From Candidatus Latescibacterota bacterium (GTDB taxonomy: Bacteria > Latescibacterota > UBA2968 > UBA8231): DNA of 64,000 bases. The stretch is taken from the NCBI GenBank assembly GCA_964291625.2, contig OZ220089.1, positions 800,001-864,000 on the forward strand. Direction: 5' to 3'. Shown in pieces: positions 9,443-19,565 of the stretch. The notes under the pieces are model-generated. The model saw only the letters and a list, made by a program, of their open reading frames with translations, did no database searches and had not been told where the DNA came from. The position numbers and the translations under genes are program-made. Within the stretch, counting starts at the first letter, position 1, and every line of letters begins with the position of its first letter.

Positions 9443-10357
9443 CTACCGCCAGTGCGGGGGCACGATGGGAGCGTCGAACCCGAGCTTCTCCGCGACCCAG
9501 GTCTCCTCGTACAGGCCGTCCTTGTAGCCGGAGCGCTGAGAGGCGTGGACCGTCGTCTCGCCGCGGATGCTGTCCGTGAACGGACGAATCGCTTCCGGCC
9601 CCAGCATCGAGCCTTCGGGCTCCGCCATGATGAGGGTGGTCGCCGCTACGCTGGGGGCGAAGGCCCGCAGGTCGAAGCAGGACAAGGTGGCCGCCACTGC
9701 ATCCCGCGCCGACGGAGTGCTTCTCAGGAAGTCGTTGTACTCTTCCAGAGGGTAGGCCCGGGCGCGTTCCGCGAGAGCGAGGGAATCGAGGAACAACGCG
9801 GGCGTGCACGCCAGGTGGGTGGCCATCGGCCGCAGGGCGAGCGTCTGCAGGGCCACATCGTTGCCGATGGCCGCTACCCGCGTCCTGTCGACGAACTCGA
9901 GGGAGTTGAGGAACTCCAGGCCCCGCACCGCGTCGGCGGCGATCCCCCGGAAAACGTAGGTCGCCGGCGATTCGATCCCCTCGGTGAGCAGTCCGGGGAA
10001 CATCGCCGCGAAGGGCTTGTCGGCGTTTCGCTGTCCCCTGCCGGCCAGGGAGAACGTCACGAACCGGCTGCGGATGGCGTTCGCCGATCCCTGGGGGATC
10101 ATCTGATGTACGCTCATGTACTTCGGCGGCCAGTAGAGCGCCGGAAACGGCCCGTCTCCCTTCGGCACGCCCAGGTATCCGTAGAGCCGGTACGGACCGA
10201 TGCTGGTGAGGCGGATACCGCTCATGGTGGCGAAATCGGTCTCCCGCAGCGGTATCGCCTCGACTTCAGGCTCCGCTGGCGTCGAGTCCAGTTCCGCGAG
10301 AACGCCTTCCCAGTACGCGTCGAACCCCTCCGGCCTCGGGAAGGTGGATTCAGGCAT
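9443..10357 (-). CDS. Acetylxylan esterase (CE7/AXE1) homolog lacking the canonical nucleophile motif
   Basis: PEGFDAYW N-terminus and YPLEEYNDF as in CE7; GxSQGG replaced by GNDVAL; start 10357 overlaps the upstream paralog's stop. Confidence 0.82.
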   Translation of the reverse strand: MPESTFPRPEGFDAYWEGVLAELDSTPAEPEVEAIPLRETDFATMSGIRLTSIGPYRLYGYLGVPKGDGPFPALYWPPKYMSVHQMIPQGSANAIRSRFVTFSLAGRGQRNADKPFAAMFPGLLTEGIESPATYVFRGIAADAVRGLEFLNSLEFVDRTRVAAIGNDVALQTLALRPMATHLACTPALFLDSLALAERARAYPLEEYNDFLRSTPSARDAVAATLSCFDLRAFAPSVAATTLIMAEPEGSMLGPEAIRPFTDSIRGETTVHASQRSGYKDGLYEETWVAEKLGFDAPIVPPHWR

Positions 10358-11267
10358 CCGGCGCCTCCAGGCCGAGATGACGGGCGAAGAAGTCGCCCTC
10401 GATCGCCCCGTGCTCGTGACCTCCCGCGTCGTGTCCGTGGCCATCGTAGACGTAGAGCCGCTTCTCCTCGCTCGCGATTTCGCGGAAGAGGGCGTGACCC
10501 GTCTCGGGGGGGCAGATGTTGTCCTGCAGCCCGATGTTGACGATGACGGGGCAGGTGATCCGGTCCGCGAAGTTGATGCAGTCGAAGTAGCTCAGCGTCC
10601 GCTCGACCTGCTGTCGGCTGTCCGGGTGAAGCCTGAGATAGTCGTTGATCTCCTGGTACGGGTAGGTGCCGGTGAGCTCGATCGAGTCCATGAACCCGGT
10701 CAGGTACGGCGCCCCGGCGGCCGCGGCCCTCACCTCGCCGCGCATGGCGGCGGTGCACAGGGTCAGCCCGCCTCCCTGGCTGCTCCCCCGGACCCCGATC
10801 CTGTCGGGGTCCACCTCGGGCCGGGAGAGCAGGAAGTCGACGCCGCGCCAGGTGTCGACGTAAAAGCCGCGGTATGAGTACACGTTGCGGTCCACGATCC
10901 CGTAGGTCAGAAGACCCGGGTATCCGGGATTGAACTGCCCGTTGGAGCGCAGCTTGCCCCGCGGCGCGACACACAGCGTGGCGTAGCCTGCTTGCGCCCA
11001 CCCTTTGGGAATGGCCGGATCGCCCAGGTACCCGGGGCCGATCAGGAGCGCCGGCAGCGGCCCTCGCCCTTCCCTCGGCAGGCAGTACCAGGCCGCGACT
11101 CTCACGTGGTCGATGCTGTCGTAGAAGATCTGGAAGACCTCGACTCCTTCATCCGACCGCAAGGGGTCCGGCTCGACCTCCGCGTTGAGCTCCACGAGGG
11201 CCGCCTGGTCCATCACGTCCGCCCAGAAGGCGTCGAAGTCGTCGGGCTTGCGCGTGCCGGCCATCAC
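10350..11267 (-). CDS. Acetylxylan esterase / cephalosporin-C deacetylase (CE7)
   Basis: PDDFDAFW, GSSQGGG nucleophile, GLQDNICPP (Asp), HGH (His), TLSYFD. Confidence 0.92.
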   Translation of the reverse strand: MMAGTRKPDDFDAFWADVMDQAALVELNAEVEPDPLRSDEGVEVFQIFYDSIDHVRVAAWYCLPREGRGPLPALLIGPGYLGDPAIPKGWAQAGYATLCVAPRGKLRSNGQFNPGYPGLLTYGIVDRNVYSYRGFYVDTWRGVDFLLSRPEVDPDRIGVRGSSQGGGLTLCTAAMRGEVRAAAAGAPYLTGFMDSIELTGTYPYQEINDYLRLHPDSRQQVERTLSYFDCINFADRITCPVIVNIGLQDNICPPETGHALFREIASEEKRLYVYDGHGHDAGGHEHGAIEGDFFARHLGLEAPDA

Positions 11268-11821
11268 ACCTTTCTCACAACATCTCCAACCCGTATCGCG
11301 CCCGGGCGGACGACCTTGGCGTTGACGCCGCGAAGCTGAAGCCGCTTGCCCTCCGGAGAGCTGATGAACTTCAGCGCCTCCAGCCCGAAGCGGGCCGCGT
11401 ACTTCCTGCAGCCCGTGTGGGGCGGCTCCGTGATCTCGATCAGGGCCTCGCCGAGGGACAGGCGGGTCCCTGGCGGAATGTTGTCCACGCTCAGGTCGAA
11501 GTCGACGTAGAGCTGGTCCCCCGCCAGGGGCCGGCGCCCTTCTTCCGGGGCCACTGCGGCCATGGCGCGGGCGTTCGTCAGGGTGAGCTGCAGCTCCGGG
11601 TTCGCAGAGCCATCCGGGGTCTGCGAGCTGCCGCGCTGTTTCCAGTTGTCCCCCACCAGTCCCTCCGCCGGATCGAGTTCCCCCGAGTCCAGGACTTCCC
11701 GCGTCTCCGTCTGCGGCCTCCGCACGATGAGTCTCAGCACACCGGCGGTCCTGGGCGACTGACGGATGTGGTCCAGCCCGGCCATGAGCTCTTCCAGGGG
11801 CACGTGTCTCTCTTCTTCCAA
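11264..11821 (-). CDS. MOSC domain protein
   Basis: GLVGDNW, LAGDQLYVD, PHTGCRKY, LRGVNAKV; start TTG 11821 after AAGGAGG. Confidence 0.88.
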   Translation of the reverse strand: MEEERHVPLEELMAGLDHIRQSPRTAGVLRLIVRRPQTETREVLDSGELDPAEGLVGDNWKQRGSSQTPDGSANPELQLTLTNARAMAAVAPEEGRRPLAGDQLYVDFDLSVDNIPPGTRLSLGEALIEITEPPHTGCRKYAARFGLEALKFISSPEGKRLQLRGVNAKVVRPGAIRVGDVVRKV

Positions 11822-11968
11822 GTCGACCTCCTTGTCTTTGGCGGCAGCGGATACCTTAGCCCGGGCGATCTGTCCCGACCAGGGTCGGAACGACTCCCAT
11901 GGAAGTGGCGCGCCGCCCATCGGCCATGCCGTACTGCCGGCAGCCTGGGTCCATGTGACGACTGGAGG

Positions 11969-13948
11969 CTACTTGATGTGCACCAGCGGCCGGCGGTGCA
12001 GTTGGGCGCCGACGCTCAGACTGGCCCAGTAGAGCCCCGAGGCCACTGGACGCCCCCGGTCGTTGCGGGCATCCCAGACCGCCAGATGGCGGCCTGCCCC
12101 CCGGCCGGCGGCCAGCCGGCGCACCAGCTGGCCATCGACCCCGTAGATCCGCAGGGCATACTCCGCCTCGACGGGCAGGCGAAAGGGGATTCTCGTGAAA
12201 CTGTTGAATGGATTGGGGTAGTTGCCCGACAGGGCCGCCCGGCCGGGGGTGCTCTGCTCCACCTCTTCCACGCCGGTGCGGACGACCGCGGGCAGGTACT
12301 CGGAGAGTGCGGCGCCGCTGATGATGTGGGCTTCCCCCGCGTTGTCGCGTTGGTTGCCGGGGCCGTCGCCGGCCATGCCGTTGGGGATGGCGTCGACGCG
12401 TCCGTCGCCGTCCATGTCGCCGCTGGCCCCCCAGTAGGCCGAGAAGTCGACCGGGTCGGGCGCCGCGATCCACACGACGGGCACGGCGGGATCGGCCAGG
12501 TCGATCTCCCGGGGCAGGTCGGGGCCGCCGGCCATCACCGCGAAACCGCCCGCCAGGCGGCGCTTCAGCGGCCCCTCGTCGCCGGGCACGCCGACGAAGA
12601 GGTCGTCGTAGCCGTCGCCGTGGATATCGCCGGCCGCCACGGCGTCGCCGGTGATCGCCTTGGGGCGAGCCCCGTAGATGACTGTCATGTCCTGCGTCGG
12701 CGCGGCCATGTCCAGCCGCTGTCCGCGCCGGCGGGGACCGCCGTACACCACGTACACCTCGCCGGCGTCGGGGCGCATGTTGCCCGGACCGTCGGCCCGG
12801 TAGGCGCCGATGAACAGGTCCTGGATACCATCGCCGTCGATGTCGGCCAGGACGATCTCCTCCCCCAGGCGGTCGGGCGAGTCGTCATCGCCGCCGTCGG
12901 CGCCGTAGACGATGGTCAGATCGGCGGGCGGATCCCCTGCCAGGTCGATGGCGGGCGGACGCCGGGGACCGCCGTAGACCACGTACATCTCGCCGGCGTT
13001 CTCCCGCTGGTTCCGCGGGCCGTCGCCGGCGCCGCCCCTGCGCCGGTAGGCGTTGCGCAGGGTACCGAAAGCGGCCGCGCCAATGGCGATGTCGTCGAAC
13101 CCGTCGCCGTCGAAGTCGCCGGCGGCCACCGTCGACCCGGCGTGGTCCAGGGCATCGATGCCGTAGATGATGGTCCTGGGGTGTTCCGAGGCCGCCAGAT
13201 CGATGGCCGAGTCCGCATCGAGAGGGCCGTAGAGGACGTACACCCGCCCCGTCTCGACCTCCCCCGTCATCCCCGAGGCCTGGTCGGCCCCCACCACCGC
13301 ATCCCGGTGGCCGTCGCCGTCGAAGTCGCCGGCGGTCATCCAGACGCCCAGGCGGCCGTTGCCCTCGGCGCCGGTGACGACGCTCAGCCCCTCGGGCCAG
13401 GGGCGTTGGGCCAGATCCAGCCGCCCGCCCGCGGCGCGCAACCGGGAGATGAGCTCGGCCGAGAACAGGTATAGCTTGCCGGCGTCGGGGCGTTCGGGGG
13501 CATCGGCGTAGAAGGCGCCCACGAGCAGATCGGCGCGACCGTCGCCCACGAGGTCCTCCACATGGGTCTTGATGCCGAAGAGGTCGCGGCGGGCCTCGCC
13601 GTACAACGTGACCACATCCCGGGGTCGGCGGCCAGGTCCAGGCCGTCCCCCGATAGCGGGGTGCTGAAGCAGACGGCCACTTCGCCGGAGTTGTGGCGGT
13701 CATTGGCGGGGCCATCGCCGGCCATGGCCGAGATCACCAGGGCATACGTCGCGCCCGTCGACGTCGAGATCACCCGCGGTGAAAGGGGATTCTCGTGAAC
13801 TCGTTGCATCGTTGATGTCGGGGTTGTACACCGTGAACTGCCCCGCCTGGGCGGTATCGGCCAGGTCCCAGACATGCACGATCTGGGAGGAGACCGGCAT
13901 GGCCAGGCAGCACCACAGGAGCGGCGACAGGAGGGCGCCGCGCTTCAC
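11969..13948 (-). CDS. Secreted FG-GAP (integrin-alpha-like) repeat protein with C-terminal FlgD-Ig/T9SS-type sorting domain; two apparent frameshifts (~13745, ~13620)
   Basis: Repeated GDFDGDG..D...GA...G.VYV.YG units and NYPNPFN C-terminal domain in ORF 11969-13615. Signal peptide MKRGALLSPLLWCCLAMPVSSQ from GTG 13948 and the first repeat lie in two other frames. Confidence 0.8.
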
Positions 13949-13961
13949 GGACCCACACACT

Positions 13962-14741
13962 TCATGTCGAAACCCGCTCAACGGCCTCGAAGAAGCCCGC
14001 GTTCGATGCGCTGAAGCCGTACTGCTGCTCCACTTCCCGGATGGCGATCTCCGTCGTGAACAACTCATCGAAGGTGTCGGGAAACTCCACCCCGGTCGTG
14101 GCGTCGCGGAGCAGTACGATGTTGTAGCCGTACCGCCCCATGGCGCGGATGCCGTAGTCCCTGCCCAGTACACACCAGTTGGTTGCGAAGCCGGCATAGA
14201 GCAGATGCACGATCCGCCGCTCCTCCAGCAGCTCGTGCAACTGCGGCCCCGTGGCGATGACGAACTCCTCGGGCTGCACATCGATGGCGGGAGAGACGGA
14301 GAGTTGCGGCGCCAGCTCGTCCCAGTGCACGCCGATACCCGGCGGCTGACTGCGAGGTCCGCGGTAGACGGCATGGTCGCCCTCCCGGTTCCGGAAAGCG
14401 GCGGGCGGCCACGTGGGCGCGGCGGACGGTTCGGGCGGCTTGTGCCGGCGGAGCTGCGGGAACTGCTCCGCCACCGGCGGCGAAGGGGCGTGTACGATGG
14501 TCAGGCCCACCCGCCGCGCCGCGTCCAGCACCGGCGCGATGCAGTCGGCCGTGATCCGTGCGGCCCGTTCCATCCAGCTCTCGATGAAGTGCACGTTCCA
14601 CAGATCGACGAGGACCAGCGCGGTCTCCTCGACCGGCAAGGGCATGTCGAGCTCGCGGCGGATGAAGGCGGTCTCGCGGCACGGCACATCGGCGGGTGTG
14701 CTGTCCTGGAAGTAGCGGACACGCAGGTTCAGGCGCTTCAT
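13962..14741 (-). CDS. Isochorismatase-family cysteine hydrolase
   Basis: TALVLVDLWN, GFATNWCV, IVLLRDATT; start ATG 14741. Confidence 0.85.
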   Translation of the reverse strand: MKRLNLRVRYFQDSTPADVPCRETAFIRRELDMPLPVEETALVLVDLWNVHFIESWMERAARITADCIAPVLDAARRVGLTIVHAPSPPVAEQFPQLRRHKPPEPSAAPTWPPAAFRNREGDHAVYRGPRSQPPGIGVHWDELAPQLSVSPAIDVQPEEFVIATGPQLHELLEERRIVHLLYAGFATNWCVLGRDYGIRAMGRYGYNIVLLRDATTGVEFPDTFDELFTTEIAIREVEQQYGFSASNAGFFEAVERVST

Positions 14742-14803
14742 GGCACCTGAACATAGGCAGATTGGTGAACCGCGGCCGGTACCCCCATCCCCGGGCCGCC
14801 GGG

Positions 14804-17800
14804 CTACTCCGCCCTCGATTCGTAGGCCGACAGCTGCTCCAGCATCGGCTCCCGCAGCTTCACCGGCGTCAGGTCGATGGCCTGCCGCTGGATGGCCGCG
14901 GCGGCCGGCCATTCCCCCTGCCGGGCCCTGGCCTGGGCGATCCCCAGCAGGGTCTGCACCAGCGTCCTGCGGGCCAGGGGCAGGCTCACCTGCCGGGCCT
15001 GGGCCTGCTCCAGCACCTGGCGCGCCTCGTCGACGCGCCCGGCCCGCGCCAGGGCGATGACCAGGTTGTTGAGGGCCCTGGCATCGTCGGGGATCAGCTC
15101 GACGGCGCGGCGGAAGTGGTCCAGCGCTTCGGCCAGGCGCCCCTGCTCCTCGAGCAGGACCCCTGTGTTGATGTGGGCCCTCGGAAAATCCGGCCGCAGG
15201 GCCAGCGCCCGGCGCAGCGAGCCCAGGGCCGCCGCCGACTCACCCCGGGCGTAGTGGGCCATCCCCTGGCCGTAGTGGGCCTCGGCCAGCTCCGCATCCT
15301 GCGCCAACGCCCGGCCATAGTGAGACATGGCCGCCTCGATCTCGTTCTGGCGCAACAGGACATTGGCCAGATTCGTGTACGTCTCGGCCTCCGATGCCAA
15401 CTCCAGCGAACGCTCGAAGGCCTCCTGCGCTTCGGTCAGGCGCCCGGCCTCCGCCAGGGCCAACCCCAGCTTCGACCACGCCCCCGGGTGCGCGGGGTCG
15501 ACGCGGACGGCCTGGCGATAGCGGTCGATCTCCTGCTTGAGAGGCTGCAGCGCTTCGAACTGGCGCAAGGCCTGGTTGGCCGCCTGCTCCTTGCCCAACC
15601 GCTGGTAGGTCCGCGCCAGGTCGAGGTAGGGCATCGGCTCCCGGGGCGCCAGTTCCCGCGCCCGGGCAAAGGCGGCGATCGCCGCCTCGCCGTCGCCGAG
15701 GTGGTTGCGGGCCAGGCCGAGGCGGTAGTGGGTCTCCCAGTCCCCTGGCGCCAGGGCCGCGGCCCTCGCCAGGGTCGCCGCGGCCCTGGCGGGCTGGTTG
15801 AGATGGAGATAGGCGACCCCCAGCAACCGGGCCACCTCGACGACCGCGGTGTCCTGAGCCGCAACGCGCTCCAGCACCTCCACCGCCTCCTCGTAGCGCC
15901 CCAGTCCCGAGTAGAGGGTCACGCCGGCGGCGTAGTGCAGCCGCACCGCGTCCGGATAGTGCCTCAGCGCTGGCCGCACCAGGGCCACGACCTCGCGATA
16001 GCGGCCCTCCTTGTAGAGCGCGGTGGCCCGCTCGTAGTACTCCTCCGCCGTCCAGTCCGGATGGAATGCAACCTCCTCGATGGAGTCCGCACGTGCGACC
16101 AGCGTCGCCGGTTCCACCACCGGCGGCGACACCTGGCGGCTGTAGTGGGCGATCTCCCCTCCTCGCCCTCGCGCAGGACGAGATAGCGCCGAAGGGGAGG
16201 ATCTTCCACGACCTGCACCTGCCCCGACGGCCAGCGGACCTCGATCCTGTCGACCTGCGCCCGCTCTCCCAGCCCGAAGAGCACCCGGCCGTCGTTGGCC
16301 GACAGATAGCCATAGCCGCGCTTGGCCTGCCGCACGAGCACCCGCCCCTCCGCCTCGAGGCGTACGCCGGCTCCTTCGGCGGACTCCCCCGGCGCGGCGA
16401 TGAGATCCAGACCCACCCAGTCGTTGCGGTTGCCGCCGTCGTTGCGCAGCAGCACCAGGCGGTCGTTGAGGTTGTTCACCGCCAGATCGAGGTCGCCGTC
16501 GTTGTCGTAGTCGCCGAAGGCGGTGCCCCGGCTGACCTGCTCGGCCTCCAGACCCGCCGGGTCGGCCAGGGCGAAGACGCCCTCCCGGTTCCAGTACAGC
16601 AGGTTGCGCTGGCGGTAGCTGAGCCCGAGGGGACGGGCTTCGAGTTGGGGGTAGAGGTGTCCGTTGGCGACGAACAGATCGAGCCAGCCGTCCAGGTCGA
16701 AGTCGGCCAGGGTTGTGCTCCATCCCAGGAAAGGCCGCACGGCGCCCCCGAGACCCGCCGCGTAGGTCGCATCGGCAAAGGAGGCGTTTCCCAGGTTCTC
16801 GTACAAGGTGTTGACATCGTCGGAGAAGTTGGTGACCAGGAGATCCAGGTCGCCGTCGTTGTCGTAGTCGCCGCTGTCGGTCCCCATGCCGGCCTGGGGG
16901 CGCCCATCCTCGCTGTAGGCCACACCGGCCAGGGCCCCTACTTCGCGCAGCCGCCAGTCGCCGTCGTTGCGATAGAGCAGGTTGGGGGTCGAGTCGTTGG
17001 CGACGTAGATGTCCGGGTCTCCATCCCCGTCGTAGTCGGTGAAGAGCACACCGAGGCCGAGGTGGGTGGGCTGGTCGATTCCCGTCGCCGCGCTCACATC
17101 GGCAAAGGTGCCGTTCCCCTCGTTGCGATAGAGCACGTCGGCCTGGCCGTCCAACCCGTGGGGGCCGCAGAACACGGGCAGGCCCTTCCAGCCGCTGCAT
17201 GGCTCACCGCCGGCGGGTGGGTTGTCCAGGTCGAAGACCAGGTAGTTGGCCACATAGAGATCGAGCCAGCCGTCGGAGTCGAGATCGCCGAAGGCGGCAC
17301 TGGTCCCCCAGCGGCGGTCCTCGGCGCCCGCCTCGATGGCCGTGAAGGTGCCGTCTCCCTCGTTGCGGTAGAGGACGTTCGGCCCCCAGTAGGTGAGGTA
17401 GAGGTCGAGGTCGCCGTCGTTGTCGGAGTCGGCCGCCGCGCAGCCCATCCCCCAACCCGTCCGCGCCAACCCGGCGGCCTCGGTGACATCTTCGAAGGCA
17501 CGTCCGCCGTCCGGGGCCGGAAGGTTGCGCCACAGGCGGTTGCCCGTCCCGGGCACGCCCTCGGTGCGGGTGCCGTTGACGGCGAACAGATCCAGCCAGC
17601 CATCGCCGTCGGCATCGAAGAAGGCCACCCCCGAGCCCATGGCCTCCAGGATGAAGCGCTGCTCAGGGCCGCCGGAGACGTGGACGAAGTCCAGCCCCGC
17701 CGCTTCGGTGACATCCGCAAAGCGCACGGTATGCCTCGGCGTCTCGGCCATGCGCTCCGCTGCCGGCTCGGGCGCACATCCCCACATCCCCAGGCTCAGC

Positions 17801-17883
17801 AGGGCGGCCACGGCCACAGCCTCCGCGGGGGCGCGTTGCAGGGCAGGGCCGCTTGCCGGACGCAGTTTCCCGGCACCGCTCAC
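14804..17883 (-). CDS. CRTAC1/ASPIC-UnbV FG-GAP lipoprotein fused to a C-terminal TPR array; apparent frameshift at ~16157
   Basis: Lipobox-like MWGC, FADVTEAAGL, repeated DYDNDGDLD, ASPIC motif GYLSAND..FGLG..IEVRWPSG. TPR repeats continue in the adjacent frame (ORF 14804-17200) after a C4 run at 16156-16159. Start uncertain. Confidence 0.8.
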
Positions 17884-17900
17884 GAGGAGGCGCCGCGGCT

Positions 17901-19394
17901 TCAGCTCTCGATTCTCTCGAACAGGGCCGCCACCTCCGCCTCCTTCTCCTCGCTGCGCCTCGAGAGATAGCCCTCGCCGAAGTAGATGGTCAGCGCCACC
18001 AGGAGCTCCACACCCGTGTAGATCTCGAACCTGTCGGTGAACTGGATCATGATGAAGTAGGTCGCCACACCGCCGATGAAGGACAGGATCGCGCCCCGGG
18101 CGGTGGGGCGCTTCCAGATCATCCCGAACATCAACGGAATGGCGATGGGCGACAGGAGACCCCCGAAGAGCTTCACCGTCAGGGAGAACACCTTGTTCAT
18201 CCCCGGACTCTGGGAGATCACGACGGCGGTCACCAGGACCGCCAGACCGAAGATGGCCGTTATCGCCATTCCCGCCCGGAACAAAGCCGTGTCGTCGATG
18301 TGGCGCTTGAAGTTGCGCTGGTAGAAGTCCTTGGTGAAGACCGCGGCCAGGGCGTTGATGTCGCTGTCGATCATCGACATGGTGGCGGCGAACATGGAGC
18401 ACACGAGCAGTCCGATCAGCCCCGGCGCCAGGGCCGAGAGGATCTTCTCCGTCACCAGGACATAGGTCTGATCCAGATCGAAGCCGGCCACCGGCAGCAT
18501 GGTGACGGGGTCGAAGTGCTCGGGCAGCAGCAACGGCGCCGCCCAGGCGGGGACGAAGATGACGATCGGATAGAACAGATAGAGGACCGCCGACAGGAGG
18601 GCCGCCTTCTGGGCATTCCTCGGCTTCTCCACCGACACGAATCGCTGGGCCAGTCCCCAGGTGCCCCCGTTGTAGCTGAGGATGATCACCACCACGTACA
18701 CCAGCCAGAAGCTCACGCTGATGCCGCCTTCGGCGTTGAAGAAACCGGCGCGCTCCGGGGGCAGGCTGTCCCACATCGTGCTCCAACCGCCCACCATGTC
18801 CAGGGCGATGAAGAGCACCACCAGACTCATGACAAGCTGTACCACGAACTGCACCAGGTCCGTGAGTACCGTCGCCCACAGCCCGCCTACGAAGACGTAG
18901 GCGATGGTGATCAGGCCGGATACGACGATGATCGGCACCACCTCCCAGCCGGTGACCACGTGGACGACGATCGAGATCGCGAAGAGCTTGATGCCGAGGT
19001 CGAGGAACTTGAGGAGGATGCCGGAGACCGCGATCAGGCCCCTCACGGAGTTGCCGTAGCGCGCTTCGAGGTATTCCACCGGCGTGAGGACTTTCAGTCT
19101 CGACCATCTCGGCGCCCAAATGAGGCAGCCGATCATCAGCGCCACGAACACGCCGAGGGAGAACAGGGTCCACATGCTGAACCCCGTGACCGCCGCGCGG
19201 CCGGCAAAACCGACGAAGACGACCGCGCTGTACCCCGAGACGTGGTGGGAGATGGCCGCCATCCACCAGGGCAGCCCGTGGCCCGCCACGAAGTACTGTT
19301 CCACATTGCCCGACTTCCGCTTGGCCAGGATCCCGATCCAGGCCATCAAGGCGGCGTACACGGCGATCACCACATAGTCGATCTGTGTGAGCAT
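17901..19394 (-). CDS. Sodium:solute symporter family protein
   Basis: YFVAG..LPWW, TPVEYLEARY, GGLWATVLTDLVQ, AATMSMIDS.INA. Confidence 0.93.
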   Translation of the reverse strand: MLTQIDYVVIAVYAALMAWIGILAKRKSGNVEQYFVAGHGLPWWMAAISHHVSGYSAVVFVGFAGRAAVTGFSMWTLFSLGVFVALMIGCLIWAPRWSRLKVLTPVEYLEARYGNSVRGLIAVSGILLKFLDLGIKLFAISIVVHVVTGWEVVPIIVVSGLITIAYVFVGGLWATVLTDLVQFVVQLVMSLVVLFIALDMVGGWSTMWDSLPPERAGFFNAEGGISVSFWLVYVVVIILSYNGGTWGLAQRFVSVEKPRNAQKAALLSAVLYLFYPIVIFVPAWAAPLLLPEHFDPVTMLPVAGFDLDQTYVLVTEKILSALAPGLIGLLVCSMFAATMSMIDSDINALAAVFTKDFYQRNFKRHIDDTALFRAGMAITAIFGLAVLVTAVVISQSPGMNKVFSLTVKLFGGLLSPIAIPLMFGMIWKRPTARGAILSFIGGVATYFIMIQFTDRFEIYTGVELLVALTIYFGEGYLSRRSEEKEAEVAALFERIES

Positions 19395-19565
19395 GGGCCT
19401 TTCCTGTTTGGAGCCGGACCTTGGGGGGAACTTCGGCAGGGGAGGGATAAGAGGGTTTCTGCCGGATACCCTGTCAAGGTGCCAGGGCGGATCCGGTTCT
19501 GAAGCCTGAGCCTGCTGGCCGCCGCCGCCCGGGCCGGCAGGCCGCCGGCCCCTGACGGCGTTCCC

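Noticed and set aside
12181-13799. DGR template/variable repeat
   Set aside because: Match is short, differences are not adenine-specific, and no reverse transcriptase is in the window
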